Positions 18,140-29,489 are shown, counted from the stretch's first letter. The stretch is DNA of 64,000 nt from Pseudomonadota bacterium (GCA_963205005.1 CAUJHW010000119.1:14438-78437), one strand, 5' to 3'. Notes: a model not told the origin generated them from the letters alone. A program made the numbers and translations.

Positions 18140-20500
18140 TTGGCCGCTGTCGCCGGTTTGGCGGCGGCGTGCGGAATCGGCCAGGCCGCCGAGGCTGCGC
18201 CCGCGCGCATCCGTTTCAGCATCGAGCCCCAGGCCTATTCCGAGGCGCTGCTCGACCTCGCCCAGCAGGCCAATGTCACGCTGATCGGCGCGGCGTCCTG
18301 CGCCGGCAGTTCCACGATCCGCGTCTCGGGGACCATGACCCTCGAGCAGGCCCTTACCCAGACCCTGTCCGGCGCCCGCTGCACGTGGCGGCTGATCGCC
18401 CCCGGGGCGGTGGAGATCTCGCCCAGCCCCCGGGTCGAGCCGCCCCGCCCCGAGCCGCCGGTAACGGTCGACGACGTGCTGGTCACCGCCACGAAGCGTA
18501 TCCGTAACGCCCGCGAGCTGGCCGTCGCGATCACCACCATCCCCCGCGAAGGCCTGGAGGCCACCGGCGCCTCGGATGCGGGCGAGGCGGCCAGCCAGTT
18601 CGCCGGCGTCCTGGTGACGAACCTCGGTCCGGGCCGCAACAAGCTGCTGCTGCGCGGGCTGTCCGACGGCGCCCACACCGGGCGGACGCGATCCACGGTC
18701 GCGACCTACCTCGACGACCTGCCGGTCAACTACAACGCCCCCGATCCGGACCTGCGGCTGGTGGACGTGGAACGGATCGAGGTTGCGCGCGGGCCACAGG
18801 GCGCCCTGTTCGGCGCGGGATCGCTCAGCGGCGTCTACCGCATCGTCACACGCAAGCCCGACCTCGGCGATTTCTCCAGCGAGATCCGCGCCACCGCCGC
18901 GGCCACCCGCGGCGGTGCGCCCAGCGGCGCGGTGGAGGGCCACGTCAACATCCCGCTGTCCGCGCTGGGCCTCGGCATCCGCCTCTCCGCCTATGAGGAG
19001 ATCCAGGGGGGCTATCTCGATGACCTGATCCGACAGAAGAGCAACGTCGACCAGACCGAGCGGCGCGGCGGCCGGCTGATGATCGCCTTCAAGCCGAACG
19101 ACGCCTGGTCGGTCACCCTGACCGCCGCAGGCCAGCACCTGCGCTCGCGCGACACCCACTACACCGCCCCCGGCCTCGGCCTGAACCGGGCCGTCCGGAT
19201 CCGTGAGCCGCACGTCAACGACATCGAACTGCTGACCGCGACCATCCGCCGGTCCTGGGGATGGGGCGACCTGGTCTCCTCGACCGGCGCCGTCCAGCAC
19301 CGCTACAGCAGCGTCTACGACTCCACAGCCACCAAGCGGCTCTACACGGTCACCGGCGACACCTCGGCCTACTTCGAGCGCACCGAGACCCGGATGGCCG
19401 TGCAGGACATCGTGCTCACCTCGCGCGGCGCGGGCCGGCTGGAATGGCTGGTCGGTCTCTACGGATCCTACACGGCCGTGAAGTCGCCGACCGAGTTCTC
19501 CGTCCAGGTGCCGCGCGCGCCGCTGATCCCGGTCTACGCCGACGACCGGCGGGACCGGGTCCGCGAACTCGCCGCCTATGGCGAGGCCTCCTACCGGCTC
19601 GCGCCCGACGTCACCCTCGCTGCCGGGGCGCGCGCCTTCAGCATCCACACCCGCACGAAGTCCGATGTGGTCTCGGAAAACTTCCCGCCGCGCGCCATCG
19701 CCCGCACGGTGGATTTCCAGAGCGTATCGCCCAAGCTGTCCCTGCAGTGGACGTTCCGCCCCGGGGATCTGGTCTACGCCGTGGTTTCGGAAGGCTACCG
19801 GTCGGGCGGCATCAATTCCGGCGGCGCGGTGCCGCTGGCGGCGCAGCGGGCGACCTTCCGGCCCGACCGGCTGGTCAACTTCGAGGCCGGCCTCAAGCTG
19901 GAGGACCCGCCCCGCGGGCTCTCCCTGAACTCGGCGGTGTTCTACGACATCTGGAAAGACATCCAGACCGACCAGTTCCGGCCCTCGGGCATCCCCTACA
20001 CCATCAACGCCGGCAACGCCCGTGTGCTGGGGATCGAGACAGAGGTCGCGCTGCGGGCCGGCGGCCTGACCGCCCAGGTCAATGGCCGCGTCGCCTCGGT
20101 GCGGACCTCCAAGGGAAATGCCGACTTCACGGCGCGCCTGGTTGATGGCCTTCCCGGCGCGCCGGCGCTCTCAGGCGGGGCCCTGCTCAGCTACGAACGG
20201 CCGATCGGCGGCGACTGGACCGTGCGGGTCGTGGGCCAGGCCACCTATGTTGGCCCTTCGCGCGTGACCTTCGACGCCAGCCAGCCGAGGACCGGCGGGT
20301 TCATCCGCACCAAGCTCGCCGCCGAGGTCTATGGCACGGCGGCCGGCCTGCCCGTAGGCCTGCAGGTCTTCGTCCTCAACCCGCTGGATTCGTTCAGCGA
20401 CACCTTCGCCTTCGGCAACCCCTTCAACCCTGACCAGGCGCGCCAGATCACCCCCCAGCGGCCGGTCACGGTCGGCGTGACCCTGTCCGCCGCAATTTAA
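18140..20500 (+). CDS. TonB-dependent receptor with N-terminal signalling (STN-like) domain
   Basis: FSIEPQAYSEALLDLAQQAN signalling domain, VLVTATKR TonB box, VERIEVARGPQGALFGAGSLSG plug motif. Confidence 0.9.
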   Translation: MAAVAGLAAACGIGQAAEAAPARIRFSIEPQAYSEALLDLAQQANVTLIGAASCAGSSTIRVSGTMTLEQALTQTLSGARCTWRLIAPGAVEISPSPRVEPPRPEPPVTVDDVLVTATKRIRNARELAVAITTIPREGLEATGASDAGEAASQFAGVLVTNLGPGRNKLLLRGLSDGAHTGRTRSTVATYLDDLPVNYNAPDPDLRLVDVERIEVARGPQGALFGAGSLSGVYRIVTRKPDLGDFSSEIRATAAATRGGAPSGAVEGHVNIPLSALGLGIRLSAYEEIQGGYLDDLIRQKSNVDQTERRGGRLMIAFKPNDAWSVTLTAAGQHLRSRDTHYTAPGLGLNRAVRIREPHVNDIELLTATIRRSWGWGDLVSSTGAVQHRYSSVYDSTATKRLYTVTGDTSAYFERTETRMAVQDIVLTSRGAGRLEWLVGLYGSYTAVKSPTEFSVQVPRAPLIPVYADDRRDRVRELAAYGEASYRLAPDVTLAAGARAFSIHTRTKSDVVSENFPPRAIARTVDFQSVSPKLSLQWTFRPGDLVYAVVSEGYRSGGINSGGAVPLAAQRATFRPDRLVNFEAGLKLEDPPRGLSLNSAVFYDIWKDIQTDQFRPSGIPYTINAGNARVLGIETEVALRAGGLTAQVNGRVASVRTSKGNADFTARLVDGLPGAPALSGGALLSYERPIGGDWTVRVVGQATYVGPSRVTFDASQPRTGGFIRTKLAAEVYGTAAGLPVGLQVFVLNPLDSFSDTFAFGNPFNPDQARQITPQRPVTVGVTLSAAI

Positions 20501-20511
20501 TTTCAGGCCGA

Positions 20512-20540
20512 CCTAGGGAACCCGCCCGGGGGTGACGTCT
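20512..20540 (+). promoter_or_regulatory. putative ECF promoter CCTAGGG-N17-CGTCT (copy 2, after the receptor stop)
   Basis: Identical -35/-10-like elements and spacing to 17042-17070. Confidence 0.5.
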
Positions 20541-20657
20541 TCCCCACGATCCTGGACCTTCTGGAGAGGCCCCAGGTCGGAAACAGCGCCTTTGACCGGG
20601 CGCAGTGGCCAGATGTAGCGCGCGTTCCGAGCCCACGGTCGCGCTGCGGAGGGCTGG

Positions 20658-20689
20658 GCGGTCCTGACGAAGGAGAGCGTCAGGACCGC
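20658..20689 (+). other. perfect 12-bp hairpin with AAGGAGAG loop in a 470-nt intergenic region
   Basis: GCGGTCCTGACG / CGTCAGGACCGC. Confidence 0.6.
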
Positions 20690-20975
20690 GCCTTCCCGCT
20701 TGTCCCACAAGCTGTGCAAAAGAGAATTGGCCCGCTGGCTCGCTGATGATACGGTGTGCCTGCTGATCGTGGCCGGCTCGGGCCCCGCTTGGCCGCTCGC
20801 CGGATCTCCAGTCACGGCGCGCACTCCAAGACCATCGCCCCGGCCTGAGGCTGTCACACCCTCGGTCGGGGCTTCTTGTATCTGCCGGACCTGCTGAAAA
20901 TCCTCACATCGCCCTCATCGGCCCGCCACGCGAGCCGTGTCAGGATCGCGCACGCAACGGACGGGAGAGGCTGCC

Positions 20976-21263
20976 ATGGCGAGGAATGCTGACGGACATC
21001 CGGCGGGCCGCTGGCGCTATGGACTGTGGGGCGGCGCCGGGCTGCTGCTGATCGCGCCCCTCGCCGCCATGGCGTTCACCCCGGAGATGAACTGGGGGGT
21101 CGGCGACTTCGCGATCCTTGCCGTCATGCTGGGCGCCGCCTGCGGGGCCTTCGAGCTTGCCGTTCGCATTTCCGTCAGCCCGGCCCGGCGCGCGGCGGTC
21201 GGAGCCGCCATCGTGCTGGTGTTCCTGCTGGTCTGGGCTCAGCTGGCCGTCGGCATCGTCTGA
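20976..21263 (+). CDS. small membrane protein (3 TM helices)
   Basis: GGAGAGG RBS; hydrophobic; AFTPEMNWGVGDF motif. Confidence 0.75.
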   Translation: MARNADGHPAGRWRYGLWGGAGLLLIAPLAAMAFTPEMNWGVGDFAILAVMLGAACGAFELAVRISVSPARRAAVGAAIVLVFLLVWAQLAVGIV

Positions 21264-21281
21264 GGCGGCTCGGGCTTCCCG

Positions 21282-21809
21282 TCAGTCCGGCTCCGCCGCG
21301 GCAAGCGAGATGTCGACCATGATCTCGCCGGAGATGTCCTCCAGCGCCGCCTGCACCCCCTCGGCCTCGAGGCCGGGCGGCAGGCGCAGCCGCGCCTGCA
21401 TGTTGAACAGCGCCGCGCCGGAGTGGGGCTCGGCGCTGATGCGCGTCTCGAAGGTCTCGATGTTCACGCCGAGGGCGCTGAGGGCCGCGGTCACCTGCCG
21501 CACGATCCCCGGGCGGTCCTGGCCGACCAGGCTGAACGACACCGCATCGCCCCCGGCCGGCGCGGGTCCCTCGATGGCCGGCGCGATGCGGACTTCCAGG
21601 CCCTGGGCGTCCACCGCCCGCACGGCGGCCCGGAGCGCCTCCACCCGGTCCGGCGCCAGCTCCACCAGCACCGAGCCGACATAGAGCCCGCCCAGCCGGC
21701 TGAGCTGGCTTTCCAGCCAGTTGCCGCCCGCCGACAGCACGGCATCGGCCAGGGCCTGGGTCAGGCCAGGCCGGTCGCTGCCGACGACGCTGAGGATCAG
21801 GGTGGCCAT
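21282..21809 (-). CDS. ACT-domain protein, glycine cleavage system repressor GcvR-like
   Basis: Two ACT repeats: VGSDRPGL...NWLES and VGQDRPGIV...NIE. Confidence 0.85.
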   Translation of the reverse strand: MATLILSVVGSDRPGLTQALADAVLSAGGNWLESQLSRLGGLYVGSVLVELAPDRVEALRAAVRAVDAQGLEVRIAPAIEGPAPAGGDAVSFSLVGQDRPGIVRQVTAALSALGVNIETFETRISAEPHSGAALFNMQARLRLPPGLEAEGVQAALEDISGEIMVDISLAAAEPD

Positions 21810-21913
21810 GGGGAGTCTCCTGGCTGGCGCGGTGGACGCGGGGTTCGGCCCCTACCTACCGTCTCGCCGTCCGAAGCGCATCCCCGCCGGAGCGGACCCG
21901 TCCACAAACAGAA

Positions 21914-21942
21914 CGGCCCGCGTCGGGTCTCGACGCGGGCCG
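21914..21942 (-). terminator. Rho-independent terminator of the PEP-CTERM gene
   Basis: 12-bp perfect stem CGGCCCGCGTCG/CGACGCGGGCCG, followed by TTCTGTTTGT on the minus strand. Confidence 0.75.
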
Positions 21943-21994
21943 CAATGTTGTCTGGCGCCATCCGCGGAGGGACGGCGAGGCCGGTGTCGCCGGA

Positions 21995-22792
21995 TCAGGC
22001 GGCGGCGAGCCGCCGGCGGCGCATCGCCGTACCCACGGCGCCGAAGCCAAGGATCATCAGCGCCCAGGTGCCGGGTTCCGGCACCGCGTTGTCGATCGGC
22101 CAGCCGATGGCGAACGTCTGGTGCTGCGGGTTCCGGGCCTGATCGGTGATCGTGTAGACCCGGTCGTTGGCGTCGGCCAGCGAGCTGTAGTTCCCCAGGC
22201 GGTAGTCGTTGAAGTACTGCTGGTACTGCCCGTACTGCGTCGCGTTCAGATTGTTGTTGCGGACCGTCACCGTACGGGTCGGGTTGGCAACCGCCCAGAT
22301 CGCCGCCTGGATCGCGGCGGTGCGCATGGCGGTGTCGAAGTCATTCGGCTGGGCCATGTGCAGCAGATAGCCGGTGTCGACCAGGTTGGTCAGGCTGGTG
22401 ATCTGCGCGTTGCTCAGCTCGTTGGCCGGCGCGGTCGGGCCGTAGTTGGTGAACAGCGCCTGACCCGGATCGCCGTACGTCGAGGTGTAGGTGTAGTTCA
22501 GGGTCGTGTTGATATACATCGCATGGAATATATCGATGCAGAACCCGAAGATGTTGTAGTCGGAGTTGTTGAACTGCGCGCCGGTGCCGAAGTCGTTCAC
22601 GCGGAAGGTCACGCCGTTCGAGTAGACCGCGCCCACGCCCGAGATGTTCGCCTGGAACGTCGTGTTCATGGTGGCGTATTCGACGTAGATCGTCTGCGAG
22701 GCCGAGGCCGGCGACGCGAGGGCCATGGCCGAAGCCACGGCGGCGCCCGCCAGAATTTTCACCCCGGACATTTTCAGTTCAAACTTGGCCAC
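21995..22792 (-). CDS. PEP-CTERM (PEPxxWA) surface protein with a thioester-domain-like passenger
   Basis: GTG 22792 after AAAAGGGGA; signal peptide; FCID, IQAAIW and HQTFA motifs; C-terminal VPEPGTWALMILGFGAVGTAMRRRR. Confidence 0.88.
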   Translation of the reverse strand: MAKFELKMSGVKILAGAAVASAMALASPASASQTIYVEYATMNTTFQANISGVGAVYSNGVTFRVNDFGTGAQFNNSDYNIFGFCIDIFHAMYINTTLNYTYTSTYGDPGQALFTNYGPTAPANELSNAQITSLTNLVDTGYLLHMAQPNDFDTAMRTAAIQAAIWAVANPTRTVTVRNNNLNATQYGQYQQYFNDYRLGNYSSLADANDRVYTITDQARNPQHQTFAIGWPIDNAVPEPGTWALMILGFGAVGTAMRRRRLAAA

Positions 22793-23054
22793 GCCAATCC
22801 CCTTTTCCCCTGCGACGGTGCAGCGCACGCGTCGTTGGCCTACTCTATTCGTTAACGCCGTTCGAAGCGCAATTCGTTTCGCGTGAGAGGCGAATCCCCC
22901 CCGGAAGCGCTCGCCCCGAGCGCTAAATCGACGGAATTCCCGACTCTCGGTGGGGAAACCCATCCCATAGTGGGCCTGGCGGAGGGCGGCGCGCGGTCCG
23001 CCCGGCTTGACGCCCGTCCTCCTCCCTCCATCCTACGCCCCCTGGAGGCGTCGC

Positions 23055-23885
23055 TTGGCGGACAACGACTCGAACCGGGTGGATTGGACGGACGCTGAGC
23101 TCGATCTCATCGTGGCCGATTACTTCGCCATGCTGGCGCAGGAACAGGCCGGGCAGCCCTACATAAAGGCCCGCCATCGCGCGCGGCTGATCGAACAGAC
23201 CGGGCGGTCTGCCGGGTCCATAGAGTTCAAGCACATGAACATCTCCGCCGTTCTGGATGAGATCGGCGAGCCCATCATTCGCGGCTACCGGCCGATGGCC
23301 AACTATCAACACGCGATCCTCGACGCGATCGAGCGCCGCCTAACAGCTCAGCCAGTGCTCTGGGTCCCGCGCCCTTCGGACCAGCTGGCGGAGGTCGTGA
23401 CGCCCTATCTTGGACCCGCGCCAATTCTACAGCCCCGCCGCGAGCGGCCCCGCATCCTTGAGCGGCTAGTCCGAAAGTTCGACGCCAGCGAGCGCGACTT
23501 CCGCAACCGCGAACTCGGCAAGGCCGGTGAAGAGATGGTGTTCAACTTCGAGTGTCAGCGCCTCATGTCCGAAGAGCGCCCGGACCTGGCGCGAAAGGTC
23601 CGCTGGGTTGCACAGGAAGACGGTGACGGCGCGGGCTACGACATTCTCTCCTTTGACAGCTCCGGTGCGGAACGACTGGTCGAGGTCAAGACCACCCGGG
23701 GATCCCAGACGACGCCCTTCTTCCTGACCCGGAACGAATACGCCCTGGCCGAGGAGCGCGCCGACGCCTTCAAGCTCATGCGCCTCTATTCATTCGCTCA
23801 GGACCCGAGGATGTTCGAACTCACCCCACCCCTGGGTGAGACAGTGCGCCTGTCGACGCACACCTATGAGGCGCGGTTCTCGTGA
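23055..23885 (+). CDS. DUF3883 (PD-(D/E)XK) domain putative nuclease
   Basis: C-terminal DGDGAGYDILSF...VEVKTT...FFLTRNE; GGAGG RBS before TTG 23055; more A/T-ending codons than its neighbours. Confidence 0.8.
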   Translation: MADNDSNRVDWTDAELDLIVADYFAMLAQEQAGQPYIKARHRARLIEQTGRSAGSIEFKHMNISAVLDEIGEPIIRGYRPMANYQHAILDAIERRLTAQPVLWVPRPSDQLAEVVTPYLGPAPILQPRRERPRILERLVRKFDASERDFRNRELGKAGEEMVFNFECQRLMSEERPDLARKVRWVAQEDGDGAGYDILSFDSSGAERLVEVKTTRGSQTTPFFLTRNEYALAEERADAFKLMRLYSFAQDPRMFELTPPLGETVRLSTHTYEARFS

Positions 23886-23923
23886 CGGCTTCCACCCGTC
23901 GCCTGCCGCCCCCACCCCCGCCG

Positions 23924-23951
23924 TTGACTCAACGCCAACCGGCTGTATAAC
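23924..23951 (+). promoter_or_regulatory. sigma-70 promoter of rplU-rpmA
   Basis: TTGACT-N16-TATAAC, with TG immediately before the -10. Confidence 0.7.
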
Positions 23952-24032
23952 CGCCCACCTCTCGCCCGCGGGCCAACTCGCGGGCGTGTTCCGTATTGCA
24001 TACACCCACTTTAAGTACCGAAGGCGCGAACG

Positions 24033-24632
24033 ATGTACGCGGTGATCAAGACCGGCGGCAAGCAGTACCGGGTCAGCCCCGGAGACCTGCTGGTGGTCGA
24101 AAAGCTCGATGGTGAACCCGGCGCGGCCGTGGCCTTCGGTGATGTCCTCATGCTGGGCGATGGCGAGGCCGTGACGGTCGGCGCGCCCACGGTGGACGGC
24201 GCCTCGGTGGCCGCGACCCTGGTCGAGACCCGCAAGGGCGAGAAGGTGAAGATCTTCAAGAAGATCCGCCGCCAGGGCTATCGCCGCACCAACGGCCACC
24301 GCCAGCACGAGACCGTGCTCCGGGTCACCGGCATCACCGCCGACGGCAAGGAGACCAAGTGGGAAGGGACCGTGGACCTGACAACCAAGGCCGAGCTCGA
24401 CGCCCGCGCCCGTGGCCTGGACTTCGCGACCCTGAACCTGCCCCGGCAGACCAAGGCCCAGAAGGCCGCCGCCGCGGCCGCCGCTGCGCCGGCCCCGAAG
24501 GCCGCCAAGGCCAAGGCCGAGAAGGTGGTCGACGCCGCCCCGGCCGCCGAAGCCGCCGCTGAAGCGCCCGCGCCGAAGAAGGCCGCTGCGCCCAAGAAGG
24601 CCGCCGCCAAGAAGGACACGTCGGCCGAGTAA
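24033..24632 (+). CDS. rplU: 50S ribosomal protein L21 with Ala/Lys/Pro-rich C-terminal extension
   Basis: MYAVIKTGGKQY...RRTNGHRQ. Confidence 0.97.
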   Translation: MYAVIKTGGKQYRVSPGDLLVVEKLDGEPGAAVAFGDVLMLGDGEAVTVGAPTVDGASVAATLVETRKGEKVKIFKKIRRQGYRRTNGHRQHETVLRVTGITADGKETKWEGTVDLTTKAELDARARGLDFATLNLPRQTKAQKAAAAAAAAPAPKAAKAKAEKVVDAAPAAEAAAEAPAPKKAAAPKKAAAKKDTSAE

Positions 24633-24666
24633 TCGGTCGGCTCACAGGTAAGGACAGGAGCACACA

Positions 24667-24945
24667 ATGGCTCACAAGAAATCAGGCGGTTCCTCGCGCA
24701 ACGGTCGCGACTCCGCCGGCCGCCGTCTCGGCGTGAAGAAGTTCGGTGGCGAGGCGATCAACGCCGGCTCGATCATCGTGCGCCAGCGCGGCACCAAGTT
24801 CTTCCCGGGCGACAATGTCGGCATGGGCAAGGACCACACCCTCTTCGCGCTGATTACCGGCGCGGTGAAGTTCGTCACCAAGCGCAACGACCGCACCTAC
24901 GCGACCGTGGTGCCGGCGGACTCCAAGGTGATCGCAGCCGAATAG
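24667..24945 (+). CDS. rpmA: 50S ribosomal protein L27
   Basis: [24 protein letters not shown]. Confidence 0.98.
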   Translation: MAHKKSGGSSRNGRDSAGRRLGVKKFGGEAINAGSIIVRQRGTKFFPGDNVGMGKDHTLFALITGAVKFVTKRNDRTYATVVPADSKVIAAE

Positions 24946-25006
24946 GCGGAACCCTCTCTCATCGGTTCCGCCTCTCTTTTCAGAAGGCGGACCGGCAAGA
25001 CGACCC

Positions 25007-25047
25007 AGCGGGGAGTCCGGTTCAGCCGGGCTCCCCGCTTTCGTTTT
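25007..25047 (+). terminator. Rho-independent terminator after rpmA
   Basis: AGCGGGGAGTCCGG/CCGGGCTCCCCGCT stem followed by TTCGTTTT. Confidence 0.75.
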
Positions 25048-25080
25048 GGACCCCCGCAAAGAGGGGTCGGGAGGCAAGAC

Positions 25081-25617
25081 ATGTGCGCACTCGACATCAG
25101 GCCGGCGATCGGGACCGAGCGCCTGATCCTGCGCGGCCCCGTGGCGGCCGACGCCCCGCTGATCGCCGAACTGGCCAATGACCTGGGCGTGGCCGGCATG
25201 ACCACGACCATCCCCCATCCCTACAGTCAGGCCGACGCCGAGGATCATCTGGCGCGGGTGGCGCGGCTGAATCCGCGCGCCGGCGCCGAGTTCGCCATCG
25301 AGCACCGCACGTTCGGTCTGATCGGCATGCTGGGCTTCCGCGAGGAAGAGCCCCGCCGCCCGCAGCTGGGCTACTGGCTGGGCCGTCCCTTCTGGGGTCG
25401 CGGCTATGCGACCGAGGCGGTGCGGGCGGCGCTGGACTGGGCGCGCGGCGACTGGCGGCGCGGGGCGGTCTGGGCCGGCCACTTCGCCGAGAACCGGGCG
25501 TCGGGCCAGGTGCTGGTCAAGGCAGGTTTCCTCTACACGGGCGACCTCGAGCGGAAGCCCTGCGCGGCCCGTGGCGGCCGGACCATGGCCACCCGGATGA
25601 TGGTCTGGCTGGCCTGA
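25081..25617 (+). CDS. GNAT acetyltransferase, RimJ/RimL family
   Basis: TERLILR, LGYWLGRPFWGRGYATEA and N-AS--VL-KAGF motifs. Confidence 0.9.
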   Translation: MCALDIRPAIGTERLILRGPVAADAPLIAELANDLGVAGMTTTIPHPYSQADAEDHLARVARLNPRAGAEFAIEHRTFGLIGMLGFREEEPRRPQLGYWLGRPFWGRGYATEAVRAALDWARGDWRRGAVWAGHFAENRASGQVLVKAGFLYTGDLERKPCAARGGRTMATRMMVWLA

Positions 25618-27878
<2,261 letters not shown>

Positions 27879-27898
27879 GTAAAACTCAGTCTGAGCAA

Positions 27899-29479
27899 AT
27901 GGGGGCCCGCGTGGATGACGGGGCAGCAGGCAAGGGAGTAGCGCCCGTCCGGTCCGGACGGCTGGAGTCGCTCGCGCCCGGTCAGGCCATCCCCTTCGCC
28001 GGAGACCGCGTCGCGTTCGTCACGCCCGAGCTCTCCGCCGCGTTCCGCCCCGGCGACCGGCTGGTGGTGGTGCAGGATACCGGCGACCTGCTGCACATCC
28101 CCGCCCGCGAGGCCGAAGCCGCAGCGACCGCCGTGTCCCGCGCCGCCGCCGCCTTTGCGCGGATGGGCGAGGTCGGGGACGACGCCATCACCGCCTTCTT
28201 CGAGGCCTTCGCCGGGCGGCTGGAGAACGACGACGCCTGGAGCCGCATCGCGCAGGCCAACGCCCGTGACATCGAAGCCGCCCGCGCCCGCGGCCGCTCC
28301 ACCACCCGGCTGGCCGCCACCGACGCCATGCGCCGCGACATGATCGCCGGGCTGCGCGCCTGGCGCGACGCCGAGGCGCCTCGCGGCCGGTTGCTGGAGC
28401 GGATCGAGCATCCCGGCTGGACCGTCGAGCAGATCATGGCCCCGCTGGGCGTGGTCGGCTTCGTCTTCGAAGGCCGCCCGAACGTCTTCGCCGACGCCAC
28501 CGGCGTCATCCGGGCCGGCAACACGGTGGTCTTCCGCATCGGCTCCGACGCCCTGGGCACCGCACGCGCCATCGTCGCGGAGGCGCTGGACCCGGCGCTC
28601 GCCGAGGCCGGGCTCCCGGAAGGCTCCGCCGTGCTGGTGGACAGCGCCGCCCACGCCGCAGGCTGGGCGATGTTCGCCGATCCCGGCCTCGCGCTCGCCG
28701 TGGCCCGGGGCTCCGGTCCGGCAGTATCGCAGCTGGGGGCCATCGCCCGCCAGGCCGGCACGCCGGTCAGCCTGCACGGAACGGGGGGCGCCTGGCTGGT
28801 CGCCGACGCCAGCGCCGATCCCGACCGCTTCTTTGCGGCGGTGTTCCACTCGCTGGACCGCAAGGTCTGCAATTCGCTCAACGTCTGCTGCATCGTGGAG
28901 AGCCGGGCCGAGACGCTGCTGCCCGTGTTCCTCGACGCCCTGGAGCGCGCGGGCGAGCGGCGCAGCGGCTGCAAGCTGCATGTGGCGCAGGCCGATTTCG
29001 CCCGGCTGCCCGAGCGCTGGCGCACCGCCCGCGCCACCGTGGTCCGCGCCGAGGGCCCTGTCGAGGAGGCCCTGGCCGAGCCGCTCGCCGACGCCGACCT
29101 GGGCCGCGAATGGGAGTGGGAGGAGACCCCCGAGGTCAGCCTCCGCATCGTCGCCGACGTGGCCGAGGCGGTCGCCCTGTTCAACCTCCACAGCCCCCGC
29201 TTCGCCGCGACCCTGATCTCGGAGGACGTCTCGGCCCATAGGCGGTTCTACGACACGATCGACGCCCCGTTCGTCGGCGACGGCTTCACCCGCTGGGTGG
29301 ACGGCCAGTACGCACTGAACCGGCCGGAGCTGGGCCTGTCCAACTGGCAGAATGGCCGGCTCTTCGCCCGCGGTGGCGTTCTGGCGGGCGACGGGGTGTT
29401 CACCGTCCGCGCCCGCGTCCGCCAGGCCGACCCCGACCTCGACCGCGGGGGCGCGCCCACCCCGCCCCGCAACCGCTGA
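27899..29479 (+). CDS. proA: atypical gamma-glutamyl phosphate reductase (aldehyde dehydrogenase fold) with N-terminal extra domain
   Basis: Sits between proB and nadD; PLGVVGFVFEGRPNV, RGS, and catalytic Cys in VCNSL; 526 aa. Confidence 0.75.
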   Translation: MGARVDDGAAGKGVAPVRSGRLESLAPGQAIPFAGDRVAFVTPELSAAFRPGDRLVVVQDTGDLLHIPAREAEAAATAVSRAAAAFARMGEVGDDAITAFFEAFAGRLENDDAWSRIAQANARDIEAARARGRSTTRLAATDAMRRDMIAGLRAWRDAEAPRGRLLERIEHPGWTVEQIMAPLGVVGFVFEGRPNVFADATGVIRAGNTVVFRIGSDALGTARAIVAEALDPALAEAGLPEGSAVLVDSAAHAAGWAMFADPGLALAVARGSGPAVSQLGAIARQAGTPVSLHGTGGAWLVADASADPDRFFAAVFHSLDRKVCNSLNVCCIVESRAETLLPVFLDALERAGERRSGCKLHVAQADFARLPERWRTARATVVRAEGPVEEALAEPLADADLGREWEWEETPEVSLRIVADVAEAVALFNLHSPRFAATLISEDVSAHRRFYDTIDAPFVGDGFTRWVDGQYALNRPELGLSNWQNGRLFARGGVLAGDGVFTVRARVRQADPDLDRGGAPTPPRNR

Positions 29480-29489
29480 CGGTCCGCCG

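Noticed and set aside
20466-20897. ORFs 20466..20708, 20513..20857 and 20700..20897 as genes
   Set aside because: No well-placed RBS, atypical composition and no recognisable motif. The region is treated as non-coding pending homology evidence.
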